Source of the DNA: Gammaproteobacteria bacterium | GTDB taxonomy: Bacteria > Pseudomonadota > Gammaproteobacteria > Steroidobacterales > Foliamicaceae | Assembly: GCA_026707445.1 (NCBI GenBank) | Contig: JAPOWV010000016.1 | Location: 6,758 to 70,757, forward strand | DNA length: 64,000 nucleotides | Direction: 5' to 3' | Shown here: in pieces, positions 9,621 through 20,727 of the stretch | Layout of the letters: each line of letters begins with the position of its first letter | Position numbering within the stretch: position 1 is the stretch's first letter | Translations under genes and position numbers: made by a program | Notes under the pieces: generated by a model | What the model was told of the DNA's origin: nothing | Databases searched by the model: none | What the model saw: only the letters and a program-made list of their open reading frames with translations

Positions 9621-11474
9621 ATGATCGGGAAGTTATTTCGTGCGATCTGGACAGGTGTCGACGGTTTTCGGAAGGTCATTCACCTGGTCCTGATGATTTT
9701 CGTGTTCGTTGTGATGCTGGCGGCGCTGGGTTCGGGCCAGACGGCCGTGAAGATCAAGGACGGCACCGTCCTGCTTTTGAATCCATCCGGGGTGCTGGTG
9801 CATGAACTCAGCGCCGGAGAGCTTGATCTGGAGTTGCTGCGCATGAATGACGATCCGCCGCCCGAGACCCTCGTAAGGGACGTGGTCCGGGCGCTCCGGC
9901 ACGCCGCGGAGGATGACCGTATCGCGGCGGTGCTCGTGGACATCGACGGCCTTGCCGGCGGCGGTTTCACCAAGCTCCAGGACATCGCCACGGCGATGCG
10001 CGAGTTCAGGGAGTCGGGCAAGCCGATGATCAGCTATTCGAGCTGGTACGGGCAGAGCGGCTACCTGCTCGCGTCCCAGGCGGACGAGGTGTTCGTGCAT
10101 GACTACGGCGGGGTGGATATCCGGGGCATGGGCCGCTGGCGGATGTACTACGCGGAAATGTTCAATAAGCTTGGCATCGATCCGCATATTTTTCGGATAG
10201 GCGAATACAAGTCCTTTGTCGAGCCGTACTTCCGCAACAGCATGTCCGACGAGGACCGGCAGAGCGCGGAACAGTGGCTGGGCGCGCTTTGGGGCGAATA
10301 TCAGCGCGAGGTTACGGAGGCCCGGGAGCTGGCTTCGGACGCGCTGGACCAGTACGCGGAGAACCTGACCGAGGCGCTGGAGGGCGCGGGCGGCGACCTG
10401 GCGCGGGTCAACCTCGAGGCCGGCCTGATCGACGCGATACACAACGACGAGACCTTCAAGGAATACATGAAGGAACGCTTCGGCGATTCCGAGGATGGTG
10501 AATACCACAAGGTCGGGTTCGCCGACTACCTGACGGTGGCCGACCGCGAGAACCCGCCGCACTCGGACGACGAAAACAAGGTGGGCGTGGTTGTGGTCGC
10601 CGGTTCCATCATTGACGGCGGCGCCGGGCCCGGCGCCGCCGCCGGCGACAGCATCGCCAAGCTGGTCCGCCATGCCGCCGAGGAGGAAGACATCAAGGCC
10701 CTGGTGCTGCAGGTGGACAGCCCGGGAGGCAGCGCGTTCGCGTCCGAAGTGATTTCCGGCGCCGTGGCGACCGTCACCGAAGCGGGCAAGCCGGTTGTGG
10801 TTTCCATGAGCAGCGTGGCGGCCTCCGGCGGTTACTACGTCGCCGCCGAGGCCGACGAGATCTGGGCCTATTCGGGAACCATTACCGGGTCGATCGGAGT
10901 GGGGGCGGTGTTCTTTACCGCACCCAGGCTTCTGGAGCGCATCGGCTTCACCGAAGACGGCCTGGGGACCACGCCGCTTTCGGAACAGGGCCGCATCGGG
11001 CGGGACCTGGACGAAAGCCTGCGGCGCCAGGTGGATTCGCAGATCGGCAGGGTATACGAGCGGTTCGTGGGCCATGTCTCGCAGGGCCGGGGCATGACCT
11101 TTGAGGAAGTGGACGGTATCGGCCGCGGCCGGGTCTGGATCGGCTCCGATGCCGCGTCCATCAACCTCGTTGACAATATCGGCACGCTGGAAGACGCGGC
11201 CGAAAGCGCCGCCGGGCTGGCCGGCCTGGAGGAGGGCGACTACAGCGTGGAGCGGATCAAGCGCAAGCGCCCGTTTTTAACGGGCCTGAGCGAATTCTTC
11301 CAGTTGCGCCTGGCGAGGCTCAAGCAAAGGCTGGGCATCGGCTCGGAGCCGGACAGGTTCATGGACGCGGTACAGCAGGCGAGAAAGATATTGAACGCCG
11401 AACTGGACCAGTTGGCGCAACTCAACGATCCGCGCGGTTTTTACTACCACTGCGGAACCTGCGCTGCCTATTGA
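9621..11474 (+). CDS. sppA: Signal peptide peptidase SppA (67K type)
   Basis: 617 aa with an N-terminal TM and two ClpP/crotonase-like halves. Contains VLQVDSPGGSAFASE, MSSVAASGGYYVAAEADEIWA and TGSIGV. Confidence 0.88.
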   Translation: MIGKLFRAIWTGVDGFRKVIHLVLMIFVFVVMLAALGSGQTAVKIKDGTVLLLNPSGVLVHELSAGELDLELLRMNDDPPPETLVRDVVRALRHAAEDDRIAAVLVDIDGLAGGGFTKLQDIATAMREFRESGKPMISYSSWYGQSGYLLASQADEVFVHDYGGVDIRGMGRWRMYYAEMFNKLGIDPHIFRIGEYKSFVEPYFRNSMSDEDRQSAEQWLGALWGEYQREVTEARELASDALDQYAENLTEALEGAGGDLARVNLEAGLIDAIHNDETFKEYMKERFGDSEDGEYHKVGFADYLTVADRENPPHSDDENKVGVVVVAGSIIDGGAGPGAAAGDSIAKLVRHAAEEEDIKALVLQVDSPGGSAFASEVISGAVATVTEAGKPVVVSMSSVAASGGYYVAAEADEIWAYSGTITGSIGVGAVFFTAPRLLERIGFTEDGLGTTPLSEQGRIGRDLDESLRRQVDSQIGRVYERFVGHVSQGRGMTFEEVDGIGRGRVWIGSDAASINLVDNIGTLEDAAESAAGLAGLEEGDYSVERIKRKRPFLTGLSEFFQLRLARLKQRLGIGSEPDRFMDAVQQARKILNAELDQLAQLNDPRGFYYHCGTCAAY

Positions 11475-11530
11475 GCATTTTCCCGTCTGAGAGCTTCGTT
11501 GCCTCCGGCTGAGGGCAGGCCCGCGACCCG

Positions 11531-12274
11531 ATGCTTGTAGCCGAAAACGTCACCTACAGCTACTGGGGGCAGGAGAAGCCCGCGGTCCGCGAGGCTGGCG
11601 TGCGGGTTTCGCCGGGCAGCATCGTGGCGTTGGTGGGGCCGAATGGCGCCGGAAAGACCACGCTGATCCTGTGCCTTGCGGGCCTGTTCGAACCGCACGC
11701 GGGCCGCATCGACAGGCATGGCGCTGATGTTCGTGACGGCCTTCGCCGGCACCGGGCGCGCACCGGGTTCCTGTCGGAGCACTACGGGCTCTATTCCGGG
11801 CTGACCGCGCGCCAGAGCATGGAATACGCGGCGCAGTCCCGGGCGGGCGCGTTTCCCGAACTGCGTTCGCCGGCAGCGCGCAAGGAGGCGATCGAACAGG
11901 TGGCCGAGGAGTGCATGGTGGCGGACCTTCTGGACAAGGACCTCGACACGCTCTCGCGTGGGCAGCGTCAGCTTCTTGCGATGGCCGAGGTTGAAGTCTC
12001 GCGTCCCCCGCTGCTGCTGCTCGACGAACCGGCATCCGGGCTGGACCCCGATCACCGCGAGCAACTGGCGGCCAGGCTGGAAAAGCTGCGCGAAGGAGGC
12101 CGCGCGATCCTCGTTTCCTCGCACATCCTGGCGGAACTGGAGGAATACGCCACCGACCTGGTGGTGATGCAGGAAGGCGCGACCCTGCCGCAGCAGAGCG
12201 GGTTGCCGCCCGGAAGCCTGCGTGACGTGTATCGGCGTCTCCGCGATGAGGCGCGTGGCGGCGGTCATGAGTGA
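11531..12274 (+). CDS. ABC transporter ATP-binding protein
   Basis: Walker A GPNGAGKTT, signature LSRGQRQ, and Walker B LLLLDEPASGLD. Confidence 0.9.
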   Translation: MLVAENVTYSYWGQEKPAVREAGVRVSPGSIVALVGPNGAGKTTLILCLAGLFEPHAGRIDRHGADVRDGLRRHRARTGFLSEHYGLYSGLTARQSMEYAAQSRAGAFPELRSPAARKEAIEQVAEECMVADLLDKDLDTLSRGQRQLLAMAEVEVSRPPLLLLDEPASGLDPDHREQLAARLEKLREGGRAILVSSHILAELEEYATDLVVMQEGATLPQQSGLPPGSLRDVYRRLRDEARGGGHE

Positions 12275-13733
12275 ATTCGTCGCCCGTCTGAACCCCGAAC
12301 TCCTGCGCGGATGGCGGGCGGAAGCCACGCGATTGCGCCTGGCGATAACGCTGCTGCTTTCGGCCGGGGTGGCCTGGTGCATCCAGCTGGCCTGGGACTG
12401 GTCCGCGCTGGGCCGGGCCGGGGCCGTAGCGTTCGCCATATTCAGCTTTGTCGTCACGCCCATCAGGATCGTCGGCGCGATCGCGGAGGAGCACAACCGG
12501 CACACCTGGCAGCGCCAGCGGATGAGCGCTCTCAGCCCGGCGCAATTAATGCTGGGCAAGGCGTTCGGCGCTACCGCACTGACCGACCTGGCGGCGCTGT
12601 GCGCGCTGGTCTGCTGGGGGCTGGGGGTGTACGTGCCGGCGGACAATCTGGTGCTCCTGGGTGGTGTAGCTCCGCCGGAGGCAGCTGTGGAGATCGCGGA
12701 GCGAATGCGCGCGGGGTTCCCGCTGAACGCCTGGCTGATGGTCTGCGCCAACCTGTTCACGCGCTTCCTCGCGCTGGCGCTGGCGATCCGCAACTGCGAC
12801 CGCTCCCGGGCGGCGCGCGGCCGGTCCTTTGTCGTCGCGATCCTGCTGGCGCTGTTGCTGACCAGTCCGCTGACGGCCCTGAAGGAAGGTTTGACCGGCT
12901 GGCTCTCCGAGGACACGTTCGCGGTGCCGCTATGGTTCGGTTTCCTGCCCATGAACGGCGACGCCTTCTGGGCGGCAAGCGGGCTTGCATTCGTCGCGTT
13001 CGCGGCGTGCTGGTGCTGGTGCGCGGCCCGCGAGACCCTCAGCGGCAGCCGTTTTGCGGTTGAAGCCCTGGTGATTGGACTCGGCGTGGGCCTGTGGTGG
13101 GCGGGCACGGCCTATGCGGCCGGCTCTCCCGCACGGGTGGCGTTGATTGAAGGCGGCTACGGGCCTGGACGGTACGCGACCGCGACCCTGCTGTTGATCC
13201 TGACGGCAATCGCTTACCTGTGGGGCGTGGCGGAACGCGTGGACCGAAGGCGCGCTCGGGAATTCCTGGCCGCGCCCAGCTTGCGGGCCATGCCCGCCTG
13301 GTTGCTTATCCTGCTGCTGGCGGACGTCACCGTTGGCGTGCACCTGGTTGCCGGAATTTTCGCAACGGGCGGGGAACTGGGCTACATGCAACAGAATTTC
13401 TGGGCCGTGAGCCTGCTCGGGTTCCTGGTGCGTGACATGGGCATCCTGTTCCTGGTGCTCGCCGGAAGGGTCCGCCGCTGGCCCGAACTGGCTGCGCTGG
13501 CTTCCTGGCTGGTGATGGGCCTGTTTATTCCCGGAGCCCTGAGCGGGGCCGAGGCGGCCGTGGGAACATTCGAGCTGTACCTGCTGTTTTCTCCGATCGC
13601 ATTGCAGGAGGCGACGGGGCATCTCGTCATCGGGGCGATTTCGGCCTGGGCGCAGGCAGGCCTGGTGGTATGTTGGCTGGTCTGGCGCGGCCGCGCGCAC
13701 GGAGGTAATGAATATGTCGAAAGCAACGCGTAG
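12246..13733 (+). CDS. Polytopic membrane protein, putative permease partner of the ABC ATPase
   Basis: About 495 aa with many hydrophobic helices. It overlaps the ATPase stop; the start is ATG 12246 or 12267. I did not recognise a family. Confidence 0.5.
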   Translation: MRRVAAVMSEFVARLNPELLRGWRAEATRLRLAITLLLSAGVAWCIQLAWDWSALGRAGAVAFAIFSFVVTPIRIVGAIAEEHNRHTWQRQRMSALSPAQLMLGKAFGATALTDLAALCALVCWGLGVYVPADNLVLLGGVAPPEAAVEIAERMRAGFPLNAWLMVCANLFTRFLALALAIRNCDRSRAARGRSFVVAILLALLLTSPLTALKEGLTGWLSEDTFAVPLWFGFLPMNGDAFWAASGLAFVAFAACWCWCAARETLSGSRFAVEALVIGLGVGLWWAGTAYAAGSPARVALIEGGYGPGRYATATLLLILTAIAYLWGVAERVDRRRAREFLAAPSLRAMPAWLLILLLADVTVGVHLVAGIFATGGELGYMQQNFWAVSLLGFLVRDMGILFLVLAGRVRRWPELAALASWLVMGLFIPGALSGAEAAVGTFELYLLFSPIALQEATGHLVIGAISAWAQAGLVVCWLVWRGRAHGGNEYVESNA

Positions 13734-14544
13734 GGCATTTGTCGGAGGGGCCATAGCGGCCGCGGGACTGCGGGGCGCGAGGGCGCATGAACGGCCGGAG
13801 GACAGTGTCCTGTTCGTCCTGGTGCACGGCACCGGTCACGGCGGCTGGTGCTGGAAATTCGTGCGCGACATCCTCGACGAACAGGGGCACCGTGTCTACA
13901 CGCCCACGCTGACCGGCTGCGGCGAGCGCTCGCACCTGCTTCACCCCGACATCGGGCTGGAGCTCCACATTCAGGACATCGTGAACGTGCTCGAATGGGA
14001 AGAACTCGAAAACGTGGTGCTGGTGGGGCACTCCTACGGCGGGCTGGTAATTTCCGGCGTGGCTGACCGGGCCAAGGAGCGCTTGCGCCACCTTGTCTAT
14101 CTGGATGCAATCATTCCCGGAGACGGAGACAGCCTGCTTTCGGCGCGCCGCGACGCCAGCGCCGAGGAAGTAGCTGCCAACAAGGAGATCTGGGGCCGAA
14201 TTGCGCCAGACGGCGAGTATGTCATGGGCTTCTCCGCCACGATGTTCGGAATTCCCCCGGAGTCATCCAACGCGGCCTGGGTGGAGCGCAGACTCACACC
14301 GCACCCGATCAAGAGCTGGCTGGACCCGGTGAAGTTCGAGAACGGCGGCGAGGAAGGCGTGCCCTGCACTTTCATCGAGTGCACCGAACCCGCCATGCCC
14401 GGCGCCGGCCTCAGCGCCCACGCCCAACACGCCAAAGACCATCCGGGCTGGCGCTACGTGGAGCTCAAGACCGGCCACGACGCCATGGTGACGGAACCGC
14501 AGGCCTGCGCCGACCTGTTCCTGGCCGCCGCCCGCTCCTCCTGA
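13708..14544 (+). CDS. Alpha/beta hydrolase (esterase, SABP2/MeSA-esterase-like) with a twin-arginine signal
   Basis: Tat motif TRRAFVGGAIAAAGL. Oxyanion-hole region VLVHGTGHGGWCW and nucleophile elbow VGHSYGG, with a C-terminal GHDAMVTEP. Confidence 0.8.
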   Translation: MNMSKATRRAFVGGAIAAAGLRGARAHERPEDSVLFVLVHGTGHGGWCWKFVRDILDEQGHRVYTPTLTGCGERSHLLHPDIGLELHIQDIVNVLEWEELENVVLVGHSYGGLVISGVADRAKERLRHLVYLDAIIPGDGDSLLSARRDASAEEVAANKEIWGRIAPDGEYVMGFSATMFGIPPESSNAAWVERRLTPHPIKSWLDPVKFENGGEEGVPCTFIECTEPAMPGAGLSAHAQHAKDHPGWRYVELKTGHDAMVTEPQACADLFLAAARSS

Positions 14545-14546
14545 GC

Positions 14547-15296
14547 CTGGATACGATAACGTTCGTTCTCGTTCACGGCACCGGCCACGGCGGCTGGTGC
14601 TGGAAGTTCGTGCGTGGGATCCTGGAAGGGCAGGGACATCGCGTCTACACGCCCACGCTTACGGGCTGCGGCGAGCGCTCGCACCTGCTCCATCCGGACA
14701 TCGGCCTGGAGACGCACATTCAGGACATCGTGAACGTGCTCGAGTGGGAAGAACTGAACGACGTGGTGCTCGTGGGTCATTCCTACGGCGGATGCGTCGT
14801 TTCCGGTGTTGCGGACCGGGCCAAGGACCGGCTGCGGCACCTGGTGTACCTGGACACGGTCATTCTGAGTCATGGCGAAAGCCTGGTCGGCTCCCGCCGG
14901 GAGATGAGCGATGCCGAGGGGGATGCGGATATCGAGCGTCGCCGGAGCATGGCGCCGGACGGCAAGTACATCGTGGCGCGCTCCGGAGAGTTCTACGGAA
15001 TTCCGCCCGAGCCCGCGGACGTCCTCGAGTGGGTGAACCGGAGGCTGACTCCGCATCCGCTGAAAAGCTGGCTGGAGCCGGTGAAGTTCGAGAACGGCGG
15101 CGAGCAAGGCGTGCCCAGGACCTTCATCCGCTGCACCGACCCCGAAATGCCCTTCAGCGGAATAAGGGACCACGCGATGTTCGCGAAGGAGCACCCCCAA
15201 TGGCGGTATGAGGAACTTGCGACCGGCCACGACGCCATGGTGACCGAGCCGCAGGCCTGCGCCGACCTGTTCCTGGCCGCCGCGCAATCTTCGTAA
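14547..15296 (+). CDS. Alpha/beta hydrolase, tandem paralog of 13708-14544 lacking a signal peptide and a canonical start codon
   Basis: Colinear with the mature part of the upstream gene: FVLVHGTGHGGWCWKF, VGHSYGG, and GHDAMVTEPQACADLFLAAA, whose coding DNA is near-identical. The homologous region begins 3 nt after the upstream stop in another frame. The only in-frame candidate starts are CTG 14547 and the distant GTG 14379. Confidence 0.6.
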   Translation: MDTITFVLVHGTGHGGWCWKFVRGILEGQGHRVYTPTLTGCGERSHLLHPDIGLETHIQDIVNVLEWEELNDVVLVGHSYGGCVVSGVADRAKDRLRHLVYLDTVILSHGESLVGSRREMSDAEGDADIERRRSMAPDGKYIVARSGEFYGIPPEPADVLEWVNRRLTPHPLKSWLEPVKFENGGEQGVPRTFIRCTDPEMPFSGIRDHAMFAKEHPQWRYEELATGHDAMVTEPQACADLFLAAAQSS

Positions 15297-15332
15297 TAGT
15301 GGGAGCGAGGGCATATCCCGCGCTCCAGGAAG

Positions 15333-15884
15333 TTACATAAGGCCGGCTTCGAGCTGGGCGGCCTCGGACATCATGCTCTGGTTCCACGGCGGATCGAAGA
15401 CGAGTTCGACGGCCACGTCGTTGATGGTGGGGATCAGGGCGATTTTCTCGCGCACGTCCTCCACCAGGATTTCGCCCATGCCGCAGCCGGGGGCGGTCAG
15501 CGTCATTTCCACGGCCACGTCCCGCTTGCCGTCGTCGCGGCGCTTGATCTCGCAGAAATACACCAGGCCGAGGTCGACGATATTGACCGGGATTTCCGGG
15601 TCGTAGCAGGTCTTCATCTGTTCCCACACCAGCGCTTCCACGTCGGAATCGCCGGCGTTGGCCGGCAGTTCAGGCGGCTCCGCGGGCTTCTTGCCGAGCG
15701 CGTCGGCGTCGACGCCGGCGATGCGGTACAGCCAGCCGTCCACATAGACGGTGAAGCTGCCGCCCAGCGACTGGGTGATGAACACGAGCTGTCCGGCGTG
15801 GAGTTGCGCCTCCTCGCCGGCGGGGATGATGACCGCCCTGCAGTCGCGGGTCAGGGTGACGGGCTCGCTCTGGTCGCCGAACAT
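15333..15884 (-). CDS. sufT: Fe-S cluster assembly protein SufT (DUF59 family)
   Basis: 183 aa from ATG at 15884. The DUF59 core is LVWEQMKTCYDPEIPVNIVDLGLVY...MTLTAPGCGMG. It is the last gene of the suf operon. Confidence 0.75.
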   Translation of the reverse strand: MFGDQSEPVTLTRDCRAVIIPAGEEAQLHAGQLVFITQSLGGSFTVYVDGWLYRIAGVDADALGKKPAEPPELPANAGDSDVEALVWEQMKTCYDPEIPVNIVDLGLVYFCEIKRRDDGKRDVAVEMTLTAPGCGMGEILVEDVREKIALIPTINDVAVELVFDPPWNQSMMSEAAQLEAGLM

Positions 15885-15889
15885 GGAAT

Positions 15890-16387
15890 TTACTCGGTGC
15901 TCACGGTGTTCGGATCGTCGTCCAGCGCCGCGGTAAAGGTCCTCCACGGCAGGGTGACACAGCGGATCCGCGACGGGTAGTCGCGAACGCTGCCCAAGGC
16001 GACAATTTCGCCCAGATCGCCCAGCCCGTTGTCGGCGCCGGGTTTGAACGCCTCCAGGACCTTCTCCGCCTGCTGTTTGGCTTGATCCGCAGCCTCGCCA
16101 TCGAGTAATTCGGTCATCATCGATGCCGAAGCCAGGCAGATGGCGCATCCGGCGGCCTCGAAGCTGATCTCGGCGATGACCACTGGGAGCGAGGACGTCC
16201 CGTCCTCGGGGGAGGGCGGGACGCCTTCCTTCCCGGGTGTGCGAAGGTACACGGTGACCTTGTCGCCGCACAGTGGATTGAATCCTTCGGCCACCCGGTC
16301 GGGCTCGTCCATGGCGTGGAAATTGCGCGGCGAACGGCAATGCTCCAGCACCGTGCGCTGGTAGAGGTTTTGCAGTTCGCTGCTCAT
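15890..16387 (-). CDS. sufU: SUF system NifU/IscU-like scaffold or sulfur-transfer protein SufU
   Basis: Contains LYQRTVLEHCRSPRNF, NPLCGDKVTVYL and AAGCAICLASASMMTE, the three-Cys SufU pattern. Its start overlaps the sufS stop. Confidence 0.85.
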   Translation of the reverse strand: MSSELQNLYQRTVLEHCRSPRNFHAMDEPDRVAEGFNPLCGDKVTVYLRTPGKEGVPPSPEDGTSSLPVVIAEISFEAAGCAICLASASMMTELLDGEAADQAKQQAEKVLEAFKPGADNGLGDLGEIVALGSVRDYPSRIRCVTLPWRTFTAALDDDPNTVSTE

Positions 16388-17646
16388 CAGGCCTGGCCCA
16401 GCAGCTTGCGCGCGGTCCCGATCCCGGCGGCAAGACGGTCAATCTCTTCGTGGGTGTTGTAAAAGGCGAAAGACGCGCGGGAGGTGCCGGGCACGCCGAA
16501 GCGGTCCATCAGCGGCATCGCGCAATGGTGGCCGGCGCGAATGGCGACGCCTTCGTGATCCAGCACGGTGCCCAGGTCGTGCGGATGGATACCGTCGATC
16601 ACGAACGACACGACCGCCAACTTGGGCGACGCCGTGCCGATAATCTTCAGTCCCGGTACGTCCTGCAGACGCTCCGTCGCGTACTCCAGCAGGCCGTGCT
16701 CCAGGGCCGCGAGGCGTTCGAGCCCGTGTCCGGCGAGGTAGTCCATGGCCGCGCCAAGGCCGATGGCCCCGGAAATATTGGGGGTGCCGGCCTCGAACTT
16801 GTGCGGCGGGGCGTTGTAAGTGGTGCCGTCGAAACGAACTTCGAGGATCATCTCGCCACCGCCCAGAAACGGCGGCAGTTCGTCCAGCCAGGGCTTGCGC
16901 GCGTAGAGCGCGCCGATACCGGTCGGGGCGTACATCTTGTGGCCCGACAGCGCGTAGAAGTCGCAGCCCAGCTCCTGCACGTCGAGCGGGATATGTCCGG
17001 CGGCCTGGGCGCCGTCGATCAGGATCGGCGCGTTTGCGCGCCGCGCCAATTCGCAAATCTCCGCAATCGGATTGATTACGCCCATGGCATTGGACACATG
17101 GGTTACCGCCACGAGTCGCGTCCTGCCGCCGATCAGCCCGGCGAGAGCGGCCATGTCGAGTGCGCCCGAGTCCAGCACCGGCGCCACCCGGATCTTCGCG
17201 CCGGTGCGCTCGCAAAGCTGCTGCCACGGCACGATGTTGGAATGGTGCTCCATGCCCGTGAGTACGATTTCCGAGTCCGCATCCATGCGGAAGTCCATGC
17301 AGCGGGCCACCAGGTTGATGGACTCGGTGGCCCCGCGCGTAAAGACGATCTCGTCGGCGGACGCGGCATTGAGCCAGGCGCGAGCGCGTTCGCGCGCTCC
17401 CTCGAAGGCCGCGGTCGCCCGGTCGGAACGGGCGTGCACTCCCCGGTGCACGTTGGCGTGCATCTCGACTTCGTAGGCGGTCAGCGCGTCCATGACCGCC
17501 TGCGGCCGCTGGGTGGAAGCTGCGTTGTCCAGGTAGGCGAGGGGCTTGCCATGCACGGTCGTGGCCAGGCCGGGGAAGTCCGCACGCAGGGTCTGCGCCG
17601 ACAGCGGCTCCCGGACTGCGGCGAGGCGGGCGGTGGCGCTGCTCAT
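16387..17646 (-). CDS. sufS: Cysteine desulfurase SufS (class II)
   Basis: Contains YLDNAASTQRPQ, HANVHRGVH, SGHKMYAPTGIGALY (PLP Lys) and RAGHHCAMPL (active-site Cys). Confidence 0.93.
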   Translation of the reverse strand: MSSATARLAAVREPLSAQTLRADFPGLATTVHGKPLAYLDNAASTQRPQAVMDALTAYEVEMHANVHRGVHARSDRATAAFEGARERARAWLNAASADEIVFTRGATESINLVARCMDFRMDADSEIVLTGMEHHSNIVPWQQLCERTGAKIRVAPVLDSGALDMAALAGLIGGRTRLVAVTHVSNAMGVINPIAEICELARRANAPILIDGAQAAGHIPLDVQELGCDFYALSGHKMYAPTGIGALYARKPWLDELPPFLGGGEMILEVRFDGTTYNAPPHKFEAGTPNISGAIGLGAAMDYLAGHGLERLAALEHGLLEYATERLQDVPGLKIIGTASPKLAVVSFVIDGIHPHDLGTVLDHEGVAIRAGHHCAMPLMDRFGVPGTSRASFAFYNTHEEIDRLAAGIGTARKLLGQA

Positions 17647-17651
17647 GAAGT

Positions 17652-18515
17652 TCAGGCCGCCAACCGTTGCGGCGCCAGATCCCGAAGCGCGCGGCTGAGC
17701 ATTCCGTCAGCCATTTCCTGCGCCCGGGGCATTTCGATGTCGTTGCTGATCGACGATGCGAATGCCCGCACCAGCATGGCCCGCGCCTGATCCGGCGGCA
17801 GCCCGCGGGTCCTCAGGTAGAACAGCGCCGCTTCATCCAGCGCGCCGGTGGCGGCGCCGTGGGCGCACTGCACTTCGTCGGCGTAGACCTCCAGTTCCGG
17901 GCGGGTTTCCATGCGGGCGGATTCGTCGAGCAGGAGATTGTCGTTCCGCAGCCGGGCGTCGGCGTCCTGGACGTCCGGAGGAATCAATATCCTTCCCGCA
18001 AAGCCGCCGTGGCTCTCCGCGCCCAGAACGCAGCGGCACAGGCTCTCGCTCGCGGTGTGACGGGCATGGTGGGCTATTTCCAGGTCCAGTTCCGCGCGCC
18101 GTCCGGTATCCGCCATCATCAGATGGCCGTGCCGGAAGCGCGACCGGGGACCCATCAGGCCGGCTCGCAGGGATTCGCGATCGAGGCTCGCGCCCGAACC
18201 CACGCGGACAAACTGCAGCCGCGCCTCCTCTGCAAGGCGAACCTGCCGGTTTATCTCGATCCGGCCTTCTCCCGAATCGTCCACGACGGCAACGTGGCGC
18301 ATTCGGGCGCCCCGGCCTACTTGAACGTCAACCTCAAGGTGTGCGGCAAAGCCGCCCTGGCCCTCGTGAAGCTCCTCGAGGTCCAGAGTGCTTTCCGGTT
18401 CCAGCACGATCCGCAGGGCATCCGCCGCCGGAGCATCGGGGCGGTGGTTCAGGCGCAGGGTCTCGGCGCGCCGCTCCCCGGCCTTCACGACGATATCCAT
18501 CGCCTTCCCGCTCAC
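17652..18515 (-). CDS. sufD: Fe-S cluster assembly protein SufD (short form)
   Basis: Lies between sufC and sufS. The C-terminal SufBD block is TRPELEVYADEVQCAHGAATGALDEAALFYLRTRGL. At 287 aa it is shorter than the roughly 420-aa E. coli type. Confidence 0.8.
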   Translation of the reverse strand: MSGKAMDIVVKAGERRAETLRLNHRPDAPAADALRIVLEPESTLDLEELHEGQGGFAAHLEVDVQVGRGARMRHVAVVDDSGEGRIEINRQVRLAEEARLQFVRVGSGASLDRESLRAGLMGPRSRFRHGHLMMADTGRRAELDLEIAHHARHTASESLCRCVLGAESHGGFAGRILIPPDVQDADARLRNDNLLLDESARMETRPELEVYADEVQCAHGAATGALDEAALFYLRTRGLPPDQARAMLVRAFASSISNDIEMPRAQEMADGMLSRALRDLAPQRLAA

Positions 18516-19269
18516 GCCGCCTCCCTGAGGAAAGGCTCGTATCCGGAAGCCTCCAGCTCGCCCACCAGTTCGGCGCCCCCGGAACGGGCGATGCTTCCAC
18601 CGGCCAGCACGTGCACCCTGTCGGGCGAAACCAGGTTCAGGATCCGCTCGTAGTGGGTGATCAGAACGAACGCGCGCCGGCCGTCGCGCAGCGCGCGGAT
18701 CCCCGAGGCAACGATCTTGAGGGCGTCGATGTCCAGCCCCGAATCGGTCTCGTCCAGTACCGCCAGGCGCGGTTTGAGCACCGCGAGCTGAAGGATCTCG
18801 TTGCGTTTCTTCTCTCCGCCGGAGAAGCCTTCGTTCACGCCGCGCTTGAGCAGCTCGGGCTTCAGTTTCAGCCGGGCCGCCTCCGCGCGTGCCTGCTTAA
18901 GAAAAGCGGCGGCGTTGATTTCTTCCTTGCCCGCCGCCTTGCGCTGCGCGTTCACTGCCGAGCGCAGCAGGTACATATTGCTCACGCCGGGTATTTCCAC
19001 CGGGTATTGAAAGCCGAGGAACAGCCCCTTGCAGGCGCGTTCTTCGGGGTTCATGTCCAGCAGGTCCTCGCCGTCCAGCAATACGCTGCCGCCCGTGACC
19101 TCGTAGCCGTCGCGGCCCGCCAGCGTCTGCGCCAGCGTGCTCTTGCCGGCGCCGTTCGGCCCCATGATGGCGTGCACTTCGCCGGCTCGGACTTCAAGCG
19201 AAAGCCCGCTGAGGATTTCCTTGTTCTCGACCGAGACCCTCAGATCGCGGATGTCCAGCAGCGGCGCGC

Positions 19270-19273
<4 letters not shown>
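18512..19273 (-). CDS. sufC: Fe-S cluster assembly ATPase SufC
   Basis: Walker [10 protein letters not shown], signature [13 protein letters not shown], and Walker [13 protein letters not shown]. Confidence 0.95.

Positions 19274-20723
<1,450 letters not shown>

Positions 20724-20727
<4 letters not shown>

Noticed and set aside
6911-13108. Several very long antisense ORFs, e.g. 6911-8269(-), 9633-11075(-) and 11468-13108(-). Similar ones elsewhere include 38039-39580(-), 48384-49928(-), 50612-51931(-) and 60004-61410(-).
   Set aside because: High G+C suppresses stop codons in non-coding frames. The translations are Arg/Pro/Gly/Ala-rich with no recognisable motifs. Each lies opposite a gene with clear family signatures.
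14521-14560. Programmed -1 frameshift or readthrough fusing the two hydrolase paralogs into one two-domain protein
   Set aside because: Copy 2 is in the -1 frame relative to copy 1, but the junction (cgc tcc tcc tga) has no X XXY YYZ slippery heptamer and no obvious downstream stimulatory structure. I kept it only as a remote alternative under the duplication finding.
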